Counted from the stretch's first letter, positions 1 through 10,321 are shown. The stretch: 64,000 nt of DNA from Candidatus Forterrea multitransposorum CG_2015-17_Forterrea_25_41 (GCA_009392915.1 CP045477.1:256001-320000), one strand, 5' to 3'. Notes: generated by a model from the letters alone, not told the origin. Numbers and translations are program-made.

Positions 1-2832
1 TCATTTGTAAGCATACCTGTTTCAGCTGAGTTAGGTGATGAAGCAAAAAGCCAAGTAGGAAATGTTTTAATTGAACAAGTATTTTTAGGTGGTGGAAAAC
101 TTCTAAATAAAGTCTTTGGACTAAACCCAATAGTTCACGGTGTCTTAGCAGGTGGTTTTTCTGCAATAAATACTTTTTCTCAACTTTCAAAAGTAGAAAT
201 TGATTTTTCCTTAGATAGAGATCAAGTAAACCTTTCTGAAGATAAAGAAGATTATTTTGAACCATATGATAATTACCTTTTAGATAATAAAATAGAACAA
301 GATGTAACTTTAAAAGACAACATGCTTTTAACTGATAAAAATATCTTAGATGCACAATTTATTGAAACAAAAAATTTATCTGAAATTGATAATGGAAGTA
401 ATTCTCCAAATTTTAGACTTGCAGATAAAACAAAACTTGTAAAAGTTTTAGATTCAAATAATCAAGCAGTATCTTTACAAAAAAGAGAAATATTATTTGA
501 AGATACAAATAAAACAATTGAAAACGAATATGAATATAGAACCTTTGTAGTTAAATATCCTAAATCAACATATACAGGAAAAGTAGATTATGATCTTGGT
601 TTTTCTGATCTTTTAGGATCATGGGCAAATCTTTTAGTTCCATTCTATAATGGTGCAAGTAATATTAAAATAAGTAAATTTTTAGATGGTTCTAATACAA
701 AACTTATAGAAAAAATAAATGAAGAAAAAAAAGAAGAAATACTTTTAGAACCTTTCAAATTAATATTTAATTCTTATGTTAGAGATTCACTTGAAAATGT
801 TGAAACAGACCAAGTTAACTGTGTTACTGAAGGTGGATTACTTTTAGGTCAAACAGGAACAGAAGCTCTTCCAAATATAGCTTTAGATTGGACTTATAAT
901 TCTTCAAATGCACAAACAATTTCAGGTATGAATGTTTCAAGACTTGATTGGTGTGATGCTGATTTAACTGGTGAAGAAAACAAAAACTCAATCTTTTGTG
1001 ATTCAACACAATTCTCAATTGAACTTTTAAATAAACTTGAAAAAATTCAAAACTTTGTAAAAGATAATAAAGCTTCATTTACATGTCCAACACCAGGTGT
1101 TACTCAAAGCTTAATTTCAGAAAATAACAATATAGGAATAACACAATTAAATTCAAGTTATGATTCTTCAATAATTTCTGTTGAATATCTACTTGAAGGA
1201 ACAATGAATTTAGATGATTTTAATATTGTTCCAGAAACATTAGGAAGTTTAGCTCTTACTCTTCTTAAAGACGGAGTAGAGGAAGATAGTAAAATAATAG
1301 AGTTTACTTTAGAAGACTTTATTGAAAATAAATTCTCAGGAACAGAAGAATTTGATGTTGGTTTTATTTTTGATGATGAAACTAATTTTAAAATAACTGC
1401 AATTTTAACTTTATCAGATCCATATAGTTCAGTTGATTCAAAATTAGATAATCTTTTAGAAAATGAATTTACTCCAAATTCAGAAACTTGTGATTTAGAA
1501 AAAACATCTCAAAATATAAATCTTTTCTCTAAGAATAAGAAAATAGATACTTCATTAGTAGAGTTTAGATCTTATTTAATGAAAGATGGATATTCTAATG
1601 ACTTTAAATCAGACTTTGATAGATATTATAGACATACAATAACAGCAGCTCCAGATATCTATAAAGATTATTATTATAAATATTTTACAACAGATAATTT
1701 TACTTTCCAATCATCCTTTGATTCAGAACCTGGAAGATTAATGCTTCAAGGTCCTGGAAGATACAATGTTTTATTAAAAGTAACATTTGATGATGAATGG
1801 AATTTATTTGATAAAACAACAGATGAAGTTACAGGAAAAGTTGAAGTTATTTTAACAAGAGAAATTGCACCTGAAAGAGATTCTCCTCTTTACTATATGC
1901 CATTTAATGGTCTTGTTGGAATTGATTCTGAAAATGCAAGACAAGGTTATGGTGTTGACTTTACAGGAGATGTTGTAACAGTTTCAAAACTTCAAACTAA
2001 TGAATATTTAAGAACAGAGCCTTTTACACAATCTAATACAGTTAACACAGTTTCTGTAAAAGAGTATGGTAAAAATCCAACTGACTTTTCTTTCTTAAAT
2101 AATGGACAAACAAGAGGAATGCTTCTTAATATTAATTTATCAAGTACAAAAACAAATCCAGAGCTTGTCTTTGTTCCATCAAGAGCAACTCCTGTTGCTT
2201 TAAAAGTTTCAAATCAAAATAATGATGCTTATGCTTTCTATAAGCTTGATATAGGAGCTCCTCAAGCTCAAGGTGGAGAACCTGCATTAACTCCTGGTAG
2301 TTTAGTTCCATGGACAGGTGTTGGAAATTGTCTTGACTTTACAGGAATTTCAATTTTAGAAACTTATAAAGGTAGACCAGACATACATGCAATTTCTTCA
2401 AAACTTGCACCTTCAACAACAAGTGACACTGTTTCATATGGTGTTGAATGGGAAGGAAGAAATATTACTAGAAGAGGAGATGTATTCTTAAGAACAGTCT
2501 TTTACACACCAAGTAATTTTAAAACAGGTGATGGTTTAAGTGTACTTACTTTAGATTCATATGATGATGCAGCAGCTTTCTATACATTAGGTCAAGAGAA
2601 TGCAAGTTCTGTTGAGCTTAGAAATGTTTTAGGAAACAATGCAGATATTAAATATATTAGTGAAATCTTTTCACTTGTAAACGAAAAGAAAGCATGTATT
2701 GATTATACAGCTAATAATTTAAAAATTTCATATAATCCAATAGCCGTATCAGAACCATTATTTGGTGGAGATTTATCTTCAGATTCTCAAAATGCTTGGG
2801 TTGAAAGTAAAGGCGGATGTATAATAAATTAA
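1..2832 (+). CDS. Giant surface protein, 5'-truncated by the window edge (last ~943 codons); paralog of the C-terminal part of the 2466-aa neighbour
   Basis: Frame 1 has no stop codon in nt 1-321, so the ATG at 322 in the ORF track is only an internal Met. It aligns colinearly with the last ~890 aa of ORF 2848..10248: CVTEGG..TGTEALPNIALDW vs CVTDTG..TGEGAVPNISLNW; YYMPFNGLVG..RQGYGV vs FYRMPFNGFVG..RQGYGV; WTGVGNCLDFTG vs WTGVGSGCDFSG; FLRTVFYTP vs YLRTVFYSP. Confidence 0.85.
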   Translation, partial: SFVSIPVSAELGDEAKSQVGNVLIEQVFLGGGKLLNKVFGLNPIVHGVLAGGFSAINTFSQLSKVEIDFSLDRDQVNLSEDKEDYFEPYDNYLLDNKIEQDVTLKDNMLLTDKNILDAQFIETKNLSEIDNGSNSPNFRLADKTKLVKVLDSNNQAVSLQKREILFEDTNKTIENEYEYRTFVVKYPKSTYTGKVDYDLGFSDLLGSWANLLVPFYNGASNIKISKFLDGSNTKLIEKINEEKKEEILLEPFKLIFNSYVRDSLENVETDQVNCVTEGGLLLGQTGTEALPNIALDWTYNSSNAQTISGMNVSRLDWCDADLTGEENKNSIFCDSTQFSIELLNKLEKIQNFVKDNKASFTCPTPGVTQSLISENNNIGITQLNSSYDSSIISVEYLLEGTMNLDDFNIVPETLGSLALTLLKDGVEEDSKIIEFTLEDFIENKFSGTEEFDVGFIFDDETNFKITAILTLSDPYSSVDSKLDNLLENEFTPNSETCDLEKTSQNINLFSKNKKIDTSLVEFRSYLMKDGYSNDFKSDFDRYYRHTITAAPDIYKDYYYKYFTTDNFTFQSSFDSEPGRLMLQGPGRYNVLLKVTFDDEWNLFDKTTDEVTGKVEVILTREIAPERDSPLYYMPFNGLVGIDSENARQGYGVDFTGDVVTVSKLQTNEYLRTEPFTQSNTVNTVSVKEYGKNPTDFSFLNNGQTRGMLLNINLSSTKTNPELVFVPSRATPVALKVSNQNNDAYAFYKLDIGAPQAQGGEPALTPGSLVPWTGVGNCLDFTGISILETYKGRPDIHAISSKLAPSTTSDTVSYGVEWEGRNITRRGDVFLRTVFYTPSNFKTGDGLSVLTLDSYDDAAAFYTLGQENASSVELRNVLGNNADIKYISEIFSLVNEKKACIDYTANNLKISYNPIAVSEPLFGGDLSSDSQNAWVESKGGCIIN

Positions 2833-2847
2833 AAGAGGGATTAATTA

Positions 2848-5800
2848 ATGTCATTTAAAGATGCTTGGCAAAATTTTCTAACAAAGATAGACAACAGAAT
2901 ACCAATTAAAAAGATAACAGGCCCACTTGATAAAAAAAATCCCTTAACTTCTTTTTTTATTTTTCTTTTAATAATTTTAGTTGTTTTATACTTAATCTTT
3001 GGATCAAGTATAACACTAAATAATCAAAAACTAACTGAAGTTACAATAAGACTTGCAGATTCAGATAATAATATTTTAGATAATTTTGATTTTAAGATTA
3101 GAAATATATCTGATGGAATAACAAATAGTTATGTTACAAACTCATCAGGTTCTTTAACTTTAGAACTAGATTTAAATAAAAAATATTTATTAATTATTGA
3201 TTCTCCTAATTATGAACTTTTAGAAGAAGAAATTAATTTATCTTTAGATTCTTTAAATTTTATAGTTACTGTTTTAGATACTCCAATTAATTATTTAAAA
3301 ACAGTTTACTTTGAAGATGCATTAACTAATAGCTTAATTGAAGATTCTTTAAATGTTACAATTAGATGTGATAATGGAGAAATAATTACTCCAAATACTA
3401 TTGATACTCAATCTGGAAGTGTAGAAATTAATGTTCCTTTAGAATGTGAAAATATTTATGCATCTGTAAGAGGAGATAGGTATATTGAAGAAAATCTAGA
3501 GATGCCTATTACAGAAAGTACTTTCAAGCTTGAATCTATAACTGAAATATTAGAGAGTGGAAGAGTTTCTATTTCAGTATTTTCTGGAGAAGATATTATT
3601 CAAGATTCAATAACTATTAAAATATTTTCAGTTGATGATTCAATAACTCCAATTAATACTACACAAACAACAAATGGAATTGGTTTTTTTAATTCAATAC
3701 CAGTTGGTGAATATATTGTTAAAGCAAGTGATGTTTCAAATAGATATCTTCAAAAACAAGAACAAGTTACAATAATTAAAAACTCACTTTCTGAAATTAC
3801 ATTTGATTTAATAGATACAGATACAGACTCTCCTATAATAATTGATCCTGATACAAATCAAGAAATTGTTATAAGAGAAGTTACTGTTTTTGTAAAAGAT
3901 AAGGATTCAGGAGAAATTATAGATTCTTCTTTTGATCCTAGTGTTACTTTACTTTTAGATGGTAATGAAAATATTGAACAAAGAAACCTTAATGAAGGTT
4001 TTATTTTTAATATTTCAGAGGATAAATCATATTCTCTTAAAGCAACAGCAGAAGGTTATATTCCTGGAGAAATTATTCCAATAATTTCTGGTAAAAATAC
4101 ATATATTTTTAATTTAGAAAAAATAACAATAAGTAATGTTTCAAACCTTAATATTACTGTTCAAGATGAAGACTTAAAACCAATTGTTGGTTTAAAATCT
4201 TGGATATATGATAAAGATGGACAATATATAGATCCTAGATTTGATTTTTCAACATCTGATGAAAATGGAAATATTGTTTTTGAAAATATTCCTGATCTTA
4301 ATTTTACAATAAAAGTTAAAAATAGTTTTATTGAAGAGACTTCTTCAATGTATCATAATTCTCCACCAGAAGATACTAACATAACATTACCTGTAGAGAT
4401 TGGTACTGGTACAGTTAATTTAACTGTTAAAAATAAATTAAATGATATTGTTTCAAATGCACAAGTTACTTTTTATTCTGAAAGTTTAGAAGTTTTAGGT
4501 AGTTCTTTTGCATCTTCAAATGGAACTTTAGAAAATGATCTTAAAGCTGATAAAAGAATTTTTATAAAAATAGAAGCTGATGGTTATCTTCCTTACTTTA
4601 CAGAGCTTTTTAGAATTTATAAAAATAAAACAGTTACAAAAGAAATTATTCTTGAAAGAGAAAATTTATCAGATGATGTTTCTGTTGAGTTTTTAGGACT
4701 TTATAATTCTTTAGATACTGAAGTTGAATCTTTAAAAAACAATGAAGTATTTTATTTTAAGTTTAAAGCAATCATGCCTGTTTCAAGTCAACATTTTAAT
4801 TTTGTATTTAGAGCAGGTTCTTTTACTTCAGTAACAGAAGATATTGTTTTTATAATGCCACAAAATACTTCTTTAGGTATTCCTGTTTATTATGAAAATG
4901 AGCCATTTAATGAATCAGGGAATTATTTAGAATCTAAGTTAGTTGATATTGAATTCTTAGGATATCCTGCTTCAGTTCATGAAATTACAATTCCTATAAG
5001 AATTAAAAATGCAGCTATTAATGAAAGAGTTTCTTTCTTTTATGATTCTTCAATAAATAATATTGACTTTATGTCAAATAATTTTAATCAATTACAATAT
5101 TTTATAGAAGCTACAAGTCTTTGTGGAGAAGATTTTTGTTTTTCAGGACAATATGTTGATGTTTCTCAAGACTTAAGATATGATATTTCTTCAAATAATT
5201 TAATTTCAACAAATATTCATTCAGATTATATTTTAGAATATCAAATTACAAATTCTTCTTCAAATAGTTTTGAAGATGTAAGACTTTCTACAAGAAATTT
5301 AAATAATGATGATAATCCAGTAGCTATGATTAACATTAATAGTTATTCAATTTCTGGAGAAGCAACTTCTGTTGGTCAAACAATTGAAGGAGAAAATAAT
5401 TTTAATATTCCTTTTACTGGTGATGAAATTAATTTAGAAAAAATTAATCCTTTTTCAAGTATTAATTATACTTTAAATGTAACTCCTTTAAATCTTGGAC
5501 AATCTAAACTTACAAATAGAATTATTTCTCTTCAAGAAGAAATCTATTCTCTTCCTATAAACTTTTCAGTTTCAGAACTTGAAACTATGGAAATTGATTA
5601 TGAACCTAAAAATATTGTTCCTGGACTTCCTTTTGATTTATTAGTAACTGTAAAAGATACTCAAGGAGAATATTTAGAAGGAGTAAATATTAATATTTTA
5701 CAAAAAGTTAGAAATGAGTATATTACTGTTTCAACAGGAAAAACAACTGATCCTCAAGGAAATGTAATAATAACTTTACCATCTTTAAGACCAGGAGAGA

Positions 5801-8800
5801 CTTTTGAAATACAAGCTATAAAGTCAAAATATTTTTCTCAGAATGTTTCTTTTACAATCGGAACTGATATTTTAGATGTTTATTCTCAAGAGCAAATATT
5901 ATCTTCTGAAAGTCCACTTGAAGTATTTATTCATAAAACAAATATTAATGGTGAAACTTATTCTTTAACTTTAAAAAACAAAACAAACTATGCTTTAAAA
6001 ATTAATCAATTTAATACTGAAGATTTTTCTTTTAATAAATCTTATTTACTTAATTTAGAGCAAACTGTTAATTATCTTAATAATCAAATAACTTCTCAAG
6101 CAGAAGGTTTTGTAATTCCTGCAAATGAATCTAAAGAAATTGTAATTAAGTTTGCCCCTTCAGATTCTGCAAGAACTCATCCTGTTTCAGAAGATATTTT
6201 AGGTGCAATTACAGGAAATTATTCTTTAAATAATTATGATTATCGTTTTACAATTCCTGTTAAAGCAAAATTTTCTGTTGGAAGTGGTGTTTTATTTGAT
6301 GATTGTTTAGTTGTAACTCAAAGTCCAGGAGAATGGAATACTGTTGTTTCTACAAGTACTCAAACAACTTCTTTTACAATAAAGAATACTTGTCTTTCAA
6401 AAGAAGGAGAAGTCCCAATACCTATTAAAAATGTACAAGCAAAGATATCTTCTCAAGCAGATAGATATGGTGTTTATTTCTTAAACCTTATAGGCCCATC
6501 TTCTTCAAATCAAATACAGTTGTCTGAAAATTACTATAGAGTTGTAATTGATCAAATGGCTCCTGAAGAAGAATATAGAGTTGATTTAACATTTAATACT
6601 AATGGTACAAGATTTGCAGATGTTAAAACAAATATACATCTTAATGCTCAAGTAGAAACTGAAGATGGTTTATCTTTTGTAAATAAAGAACCTAAAGATA
6701 TTTTCTTAAAAACAAATATTTCAATAATGAATCTTAATGATTGTTTTTCATATATTGATCAAAATGGAAAAGTAATTAATTCAGGTGGTCTTTATACTTT
6801 AGAAGGTATTGAAGAAAATGAATTAACTATTAGAAACAATTGTCAAGGAAAAGCTACTTTTAAAATGAATCTTTGTGATGCTTATGATTTAGGTTGTAAT
6901 GATTTAATTATTACAAATACAGATGAAGAAAATAATATTTTAAGATTTTCACTTAACGATTCTGAAAAAACAGTATATATTAAAAAAGATTCAACAAAAG
7001 CACCTGGTGCTTATATTCTTAATAACAGAGTCTCTGTTATAAATAATTTTGAAAGAGAACTTGCATCTTCTTTTGCTCTTTTAAAAATAAATGCAAAAGA
7101 TCCTAATGGTTTATGGATGGAAGATCCTTTTATAGAGATTAATGAAGATAAAGTTTCTGAGATTAAAAGATTATATAATAATAATTTAGAAAAGACTCCT
7201 TGGGATTATGCAAGTTATTATCAAGGAGAAGAAGGTTTTGGAAAATTTATAACAAATATTTATTATACAGGAAATACTTGGAAAAAATCTTTTAATCAAC
7301 ATTGGAGTAGATGTATAGCTGGAGATGATACTTGTTTATTTAACGGGGATAATTCTTTACTTTCAATGAGATTTTTACCAGAAAATCAATTAAGTAATGT
7401 TGGTGCAGAAGGATTAAGTGCAGGTGGTGCAATTGGGATAGGAATTGGTACTGCTGCAATTGTTTCATTAGTTTTAATTATGGCAAAAGTTGCTGTATTA
7501 GGAAGTCTTTTAGGACCTGTCGGTTGGATAGTTGCTGGACTTTCAATTGTTGTTGCATCAATAGCACCATCTTTCTTTTCAGATTATGATGTAGATGTGC
7601 AACCAAGGTTTTTGGATGTTTCTGAAAATAATACTATTGATAATTTAGTTGCTTTAAAAGAAATATCTGTAGATGATTTAAGTGATCAAAAAGAATTAAT
7701 TAATGTATTTGATATTACTGGTGCAAGATATTTTAAATATTTTAATAATGTTATTTTTGCACATGGAAAACTTGCTTCTAAAAAAGAAATTAAAAGTGTA
7801 CTTCCAAAATGTAATGGTATAAATAATTTAGTGCCTGTTGATCAATTTTTAAAAGTATATAATAAACCTCCATTTTGTGATGAAATAACTATAGAAGAAA
7901 CTGAAGATTCTTATATTTATAAAACAAGTTGTAATGGACAAAAATTAAATAGACTTGAATTAAATTTATTCTATAGTGCTTATTCAATATGTAAAAGTGA
8001 TGAAACATATTGGCCAGAACAAGCAGGTATAAAACCTTTACAGTTTAATTTAACTGATGAAATATATAATTTATTAGATAATGATTCTAAAAAATATTAT
8101 TTTAAAAAATATGAATTTAATCCAACTTTAGATGATTCAAATAGCACACAAGATTTAGCTTTTGTAGATTCAGATAGTGTAGGAAATTATAGATTTGGTT
8201 TCTTTTTAACAAAACCTGAAGAAACACCAAATTATGATCTTTCATTACAAGAATGTGTAACTGATACTGGAAGAACTGGAAAAACAGGAGAAGGTGCAGT
8301 TCCAAATATTTCTCTAAATTGGAATTGGGCTGAAACTGATTGTGCACAAACATATTGTGATGCAACTCAATTAACTCAAGATGTTTTAGATAGAATTAAT
8401 GATGCTGAAAAATTAATTTCATCAAATGTTGTTCAATGTCCTATAAGTAATCAAGAACTTTATGACCAAGCATTAAATGGTTCTTATAAAGTAACTGCAG
8501 AACCATCTGATGTTATTAATGAAATACCTGTTGGAAAAGTAGGTATTAATTCTGTAAAATTAGATTCTCAAAATAATAAATTAGCAATAAAAGTAGTTTT
8601 AGAAAACAGATCTGATACACCATCTTCAGGAACTATTGTTATTAGTCTTGATGATAAACAATTAGAATCTATAAAATACAGAGATGTAGCTTCAGGAGAA
8701 TATATTGAAGAAAATATAGATTATCCTGGATCTTATTCAAAAAGTATAACTGTTCCTTCTGGTATTGATAATACTAATGAAATAATTTTTGTTTATAAAG

Positions 8801-10248
8801 AAGGAATTTATGGTGAAGACTTACCTTTAACTATTGATTATTTAGCAACAAATTCACATAGTAATATGTTTGCTTCAAGTGTTGATTTATCAAGTTATCA
8901 AGCAGAAGAAATCAATGAGTGTCAAGTTCCAGCAACAACTGCAAGATTTGATGGAACAAGTTATTTAGATATGTGGCTTAATAAAGAAATGTATCCTGAT
9001 AATGTTGTAGGTTCTGGTTGGTCTCAAACTGATATTACAAAACTTAAAGAACTTTTAGAGTTTGATGCATACTTAATAACAGATAATTATAATAGTAATT
9101 TTAAAAATGACTTTGATATGGCCTTCGGTGGTCTTGCTTCAAAAGAAGATGGAGCTGGAGCTGGAAATTATGCTATAATGTCTTCTCCAACTGTGTTTTC
9201 AAATGGTTATCTTTCTAAATTATTTAAAAACAATTTAATATTTACAAAAGAATATTCAAGTGAAGAAAATGTAAATATTAATGTTCCAGGAAAATATAAA
9301 ATTAAAATTGATTTATTATTTGAAAATGGTTCTTGGAATTTTTATGAAGGTGATGATCTAGATGTAAATGCATTTGTAACTTTTAGATTTATTTCTTCTC
9401 CAGAAACAGATAGTGTTTTCTATAGAATGCCATTTAATGGATTTGTTGGAAAAACAACTTCTGGATATGATAGACAAGGTTATGGTGTTTCTTACTTAGG
9501 AGATTCTATAAGAGTTGATAATGAAAATGTAATTACAGAAGAAGATTATGGTTCAAATTCATTAAGAACAATAACTGTTACAAAATCAAATGATCTTTCA
9601 AGAATTAATTCAAATATTGAAACAAGAGGTAATCTATTAAGTATTAAATATAATCAAACAGACAATGTAGATTTAATATTTACTCCAAGCACACCAATTC
9701 CTTTACTTATGAGTATTGATAAGAGTAATAATAGCCCTCTTAATGTGATTTATAGACTTAAAGATAAGAGTGGTAATGCTATTAGTTCAACTTCTTTATT
9801 AAGATGGACAGGTGTTGGTTCTGGTTGTGACTTTTCTGGTAATTCTATATATAATATGACTTATTATGATAGATATGCTGGAGATGAAGGTGCAGTTTCT
9901 GCATATGTAGTTGATTGGCCACAAGTCTTAAGAACAGGAAAAATATATTTAAGAACTGTTTTCTATAGTCCTGAAAGAGAGTCTTATTCTTTAGAGAATA
10001 GATCTGATCAAGGTGTTATGGTTAAGTTTTCAAAGAATGGAACTAATTATTCTTCTTCAGTTTCTTTAGGTGAAGATGATTTAACAGGCATTAAATCTAT
10101 TTCAGATGTATTTAATTTAATTAAAGATAATAAAGTATGTGTTGTAAATTCATATGATGGAAAAACTTCTGATTTCTTTTATAATCCTTCAGAAATTTTT
10201 ACAGAGAAGTTTACAAAACAACCTTCTGATTCTTTAGAATGTAGTTAA
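2848..10248 (+). CDS. Giant (2466 aa) membrane-anchored surface protein: N-terminal TM anchor, tandem transthyretin/CarboxypepD_reg-like beta-sandwich repeats, internal Gly/Ala-rich hydrophobic hairpin, conserved C-terminal module of unknown function
   Basis: Long uninterrupted ORF with a GAGGG RBS 8 nt upstream and only 15 nt after the previous stop. TM segment LTSFFIFLLIILVVLYLIFG lies at nt 2944-3003. Repeated ~75-aa units have the pattern ..V.V.D..G..I......tD.nGn..f..ip.g.y.i.....Y. A second hydrophobic block lies at nt ~7402-7585. Many N-x-S/T sequons. Confidence 0.85.
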   Translation: MSFKDAWQNFLTKIDNRIPIKKITGPLDKKNPLTSFFIFLLIILVVLYLIFGSSITLNNQKLTEVTIRLADSDNNILDNFDFKIRNISDGITNSYVTNSSGSLTLELDLNKKYLLIIDSPNYELLEEEINLSLDSLNFIVTVLDTPINYLKTVYFEDALTNSLIEDSLNVTIRCDNGEIITPNTIDTQSGSVEINVPLECENIYASVRGDRYIEENLEMPITESTFKLESITEILESGRVSISVFSGEDIIQDSITIKIFSVDDSITPINTTQTTNGIGFFNSIPVGEYIVKASDVSNRYLQKQEQVTIIKNSLSEITFDLIDTDTDSPIIIDPDTNQEIVIREVTVFVKDKDSGEIIDSSFDPSVTLLLDGNENIEQRNLNEGFIFNISEDKSYSLKATAEGYIPGEIIPIISGKNTYIFNLEKITISNVSNLNITVQDEDLKPIVGLKSWIYDKDGQYIDPRFDFSTSDENGNIVFENIPDLNFTIKVKNSFIEETSSMYHNSPPEDTNITLPVEIGTGTVNLTVKNKLNDIVSNAQVTFYSESLEVLGSSFASSNGTLENDLKADKRIFIKIEADGYLPYFTELFRIYKNKTVTKEIILERENLSDDVSVEFLGLYNSLDTEVESLKNNEVFYFKFKAIMPVSSQHFNFVFRAGSFTSVTEDIVFIMPQNTSLGIPVYYENEPFNESGNYLESKLVDIEFLGYPASVHEITIPIRIKNAAINERVSFFYDSSINNIDFMSNNFNQLQYFIEATSLCGEDFCFSGQYVDVSQDLRYDISSNNLISTNIHSDYILEYQITNSSSNSFEDVRLSTRNLNNDDNPVAMININSYSISGEATSVGQTIEGENNFNIPFTGDEINLEKINPFSSINYTLNVTPLNLGQSKLTNRIISLQEEIYSLPINFSVSELETMEIDYEPKNIVPGLPFDLLVTVKDTQGEYLEGVNINILQKVRNEYITVSTGKTTDPQGNVIITLPSLRPGETFEIQAIKSKYFSQNVSFTIGTDILDVYSQEQILSSESPLEVFIHKTNINGETYSLTLKNKTNYALKINQFNTEDFSFNKSYLLNLEQTVNYLNNQITSQAEGFVIPANESKEIVIKFAPSDSARTHPVSEDILGAITGNYSLNNYDYRFTIPVKAKFSVGSGVLFDDCLVVTQSPGEWNTVVSTSTQTTSFTIKNTCLSKEGEVPIPIKNVQAKISSQADRYGVYFLNLIGPSSSNQIQLSENYYRVVIDQMAPEEEYRVDLTFNTNGTRFADVKTNIHLNAQVETEDGLSFVNKEPKDIFLKTNISIMNLNDCFSYIDQNGKVINSGGLYTLEGIEENELTIRNNCQGKATFKMNLCDAYDLGCNDLIITNTDEENNILRFSLNDSEKTVYIKKDSTKAPGAYILNNRVSVINNFERELASSFALLKINAKDPNGLWMEDPFIEINEDKVSEIKRLYNNNLEKTPWDYASYYQGEEGFGKFITNIYYTGNTWKKSFNQHWSRCIAGDDTCLFNGDNSLLSMRFLPENQLSNVGAEGLSAGGAIGIGIGTAAIVSLVLIMAKVAVLGSLLGPVGWIVAGLSIVVASIAPSFFSDYDVDVQPRFLDVSENNTIDNLVALKEISVDDLSDQKELINVFDITGARYFKYFNNVIFAHGKLASKKEIKSVLPKCNGINNLVPVDQFLKVYNKPPFCDEITIEETEDSYIYKTSCNGQKLNRLELNLFYSAYSICKSDETYWPEQAGIKPLQFNLTDEIYNLLDNDSKKYYFKKYEFNPTLDDSNSTQDLAFVDSDSVGNYRFGFFLTKPEETPNYDLSLQECVTDTGRTGKTGEGAVPNISLNWNWAETDCAQTYCDATQLTQDVLDRINDAEKLISSNVVQCPISNQELYDQALNGSYKVTAEPSDVINEIPVGKVGINSVKLDSQNNKLAIKVVLENRSDTPSSGTIVISLDDKQLESIKYRDVASGEYIEENIDYPGSYSKSITVPSGIDNTNEIIFVYKEGIYGEDLPLTIDYLATNSHSNMFASSVDLSSYQAEEINECQVPATTARFDGTSYLDMWLNKEMYPDNVVGSGWSQTDITKLKELLEFDAYLITDNYNSNFKNDFDMAFGGLASKEDGAGAGNYAIMSSPTVFSNGYLSKLFKNNLIFTKEYSSEENVNINVPGKYKIKIDLLFENGSWNFYEGDDLDVNAFVTFRFISSPETDSVFYRMPFNGFVGKTTSGYDRQGYGVSYLGDSIRVDNENVITEEDYGSNSLRTITVTKSNDLSRINSNIETRGNLLSIKYNQTDNVDLIFTPSTPIPLLMSIDKSNNSPLNVIYRLKDKSGNAISSTSLLRWTGVGSGCDFSGNSIYNMTYYDRYAGDEGAVSAYVVDWPQVLRTGKIYLRTVFYSPERESYSLENRSDQGVMVKFSKNGTNYSSSVSLGEDDLTGIKSISDVFNLIKDNKVCVVNSYDGKTSDFFYNPSEIFTEKFTKQPSDSLECS

Positions 10249-10321
10249 AAGTAATATATATAAATATATTGCTTAACTATATTTTATAGGTTTAATATAT
10301 ATATATTAGGTTAGTATAATT

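Noticed and set aside
824-1078. Antisense 84-aa ORF inside giant protein 1 (similar cases at 8117-8365, 10953-11162 and 19055-19270 inside the other large genes)
   Set aside because: These are shadow ORFs on the opposite strand of long, motif-supported genes. They have low-complexity translations and no RBS or promoter context.
322-2832. ATG at 322 as the start of an 836-aa protein (as given in the ORF track)
   Set aside because: The same frame is open back to nt 1, and the upstream residues align with the region after the internal hydrophobic hairpin of the 2466-aa paralog. The gene is therefore truncated by the window rather than starting at 322.
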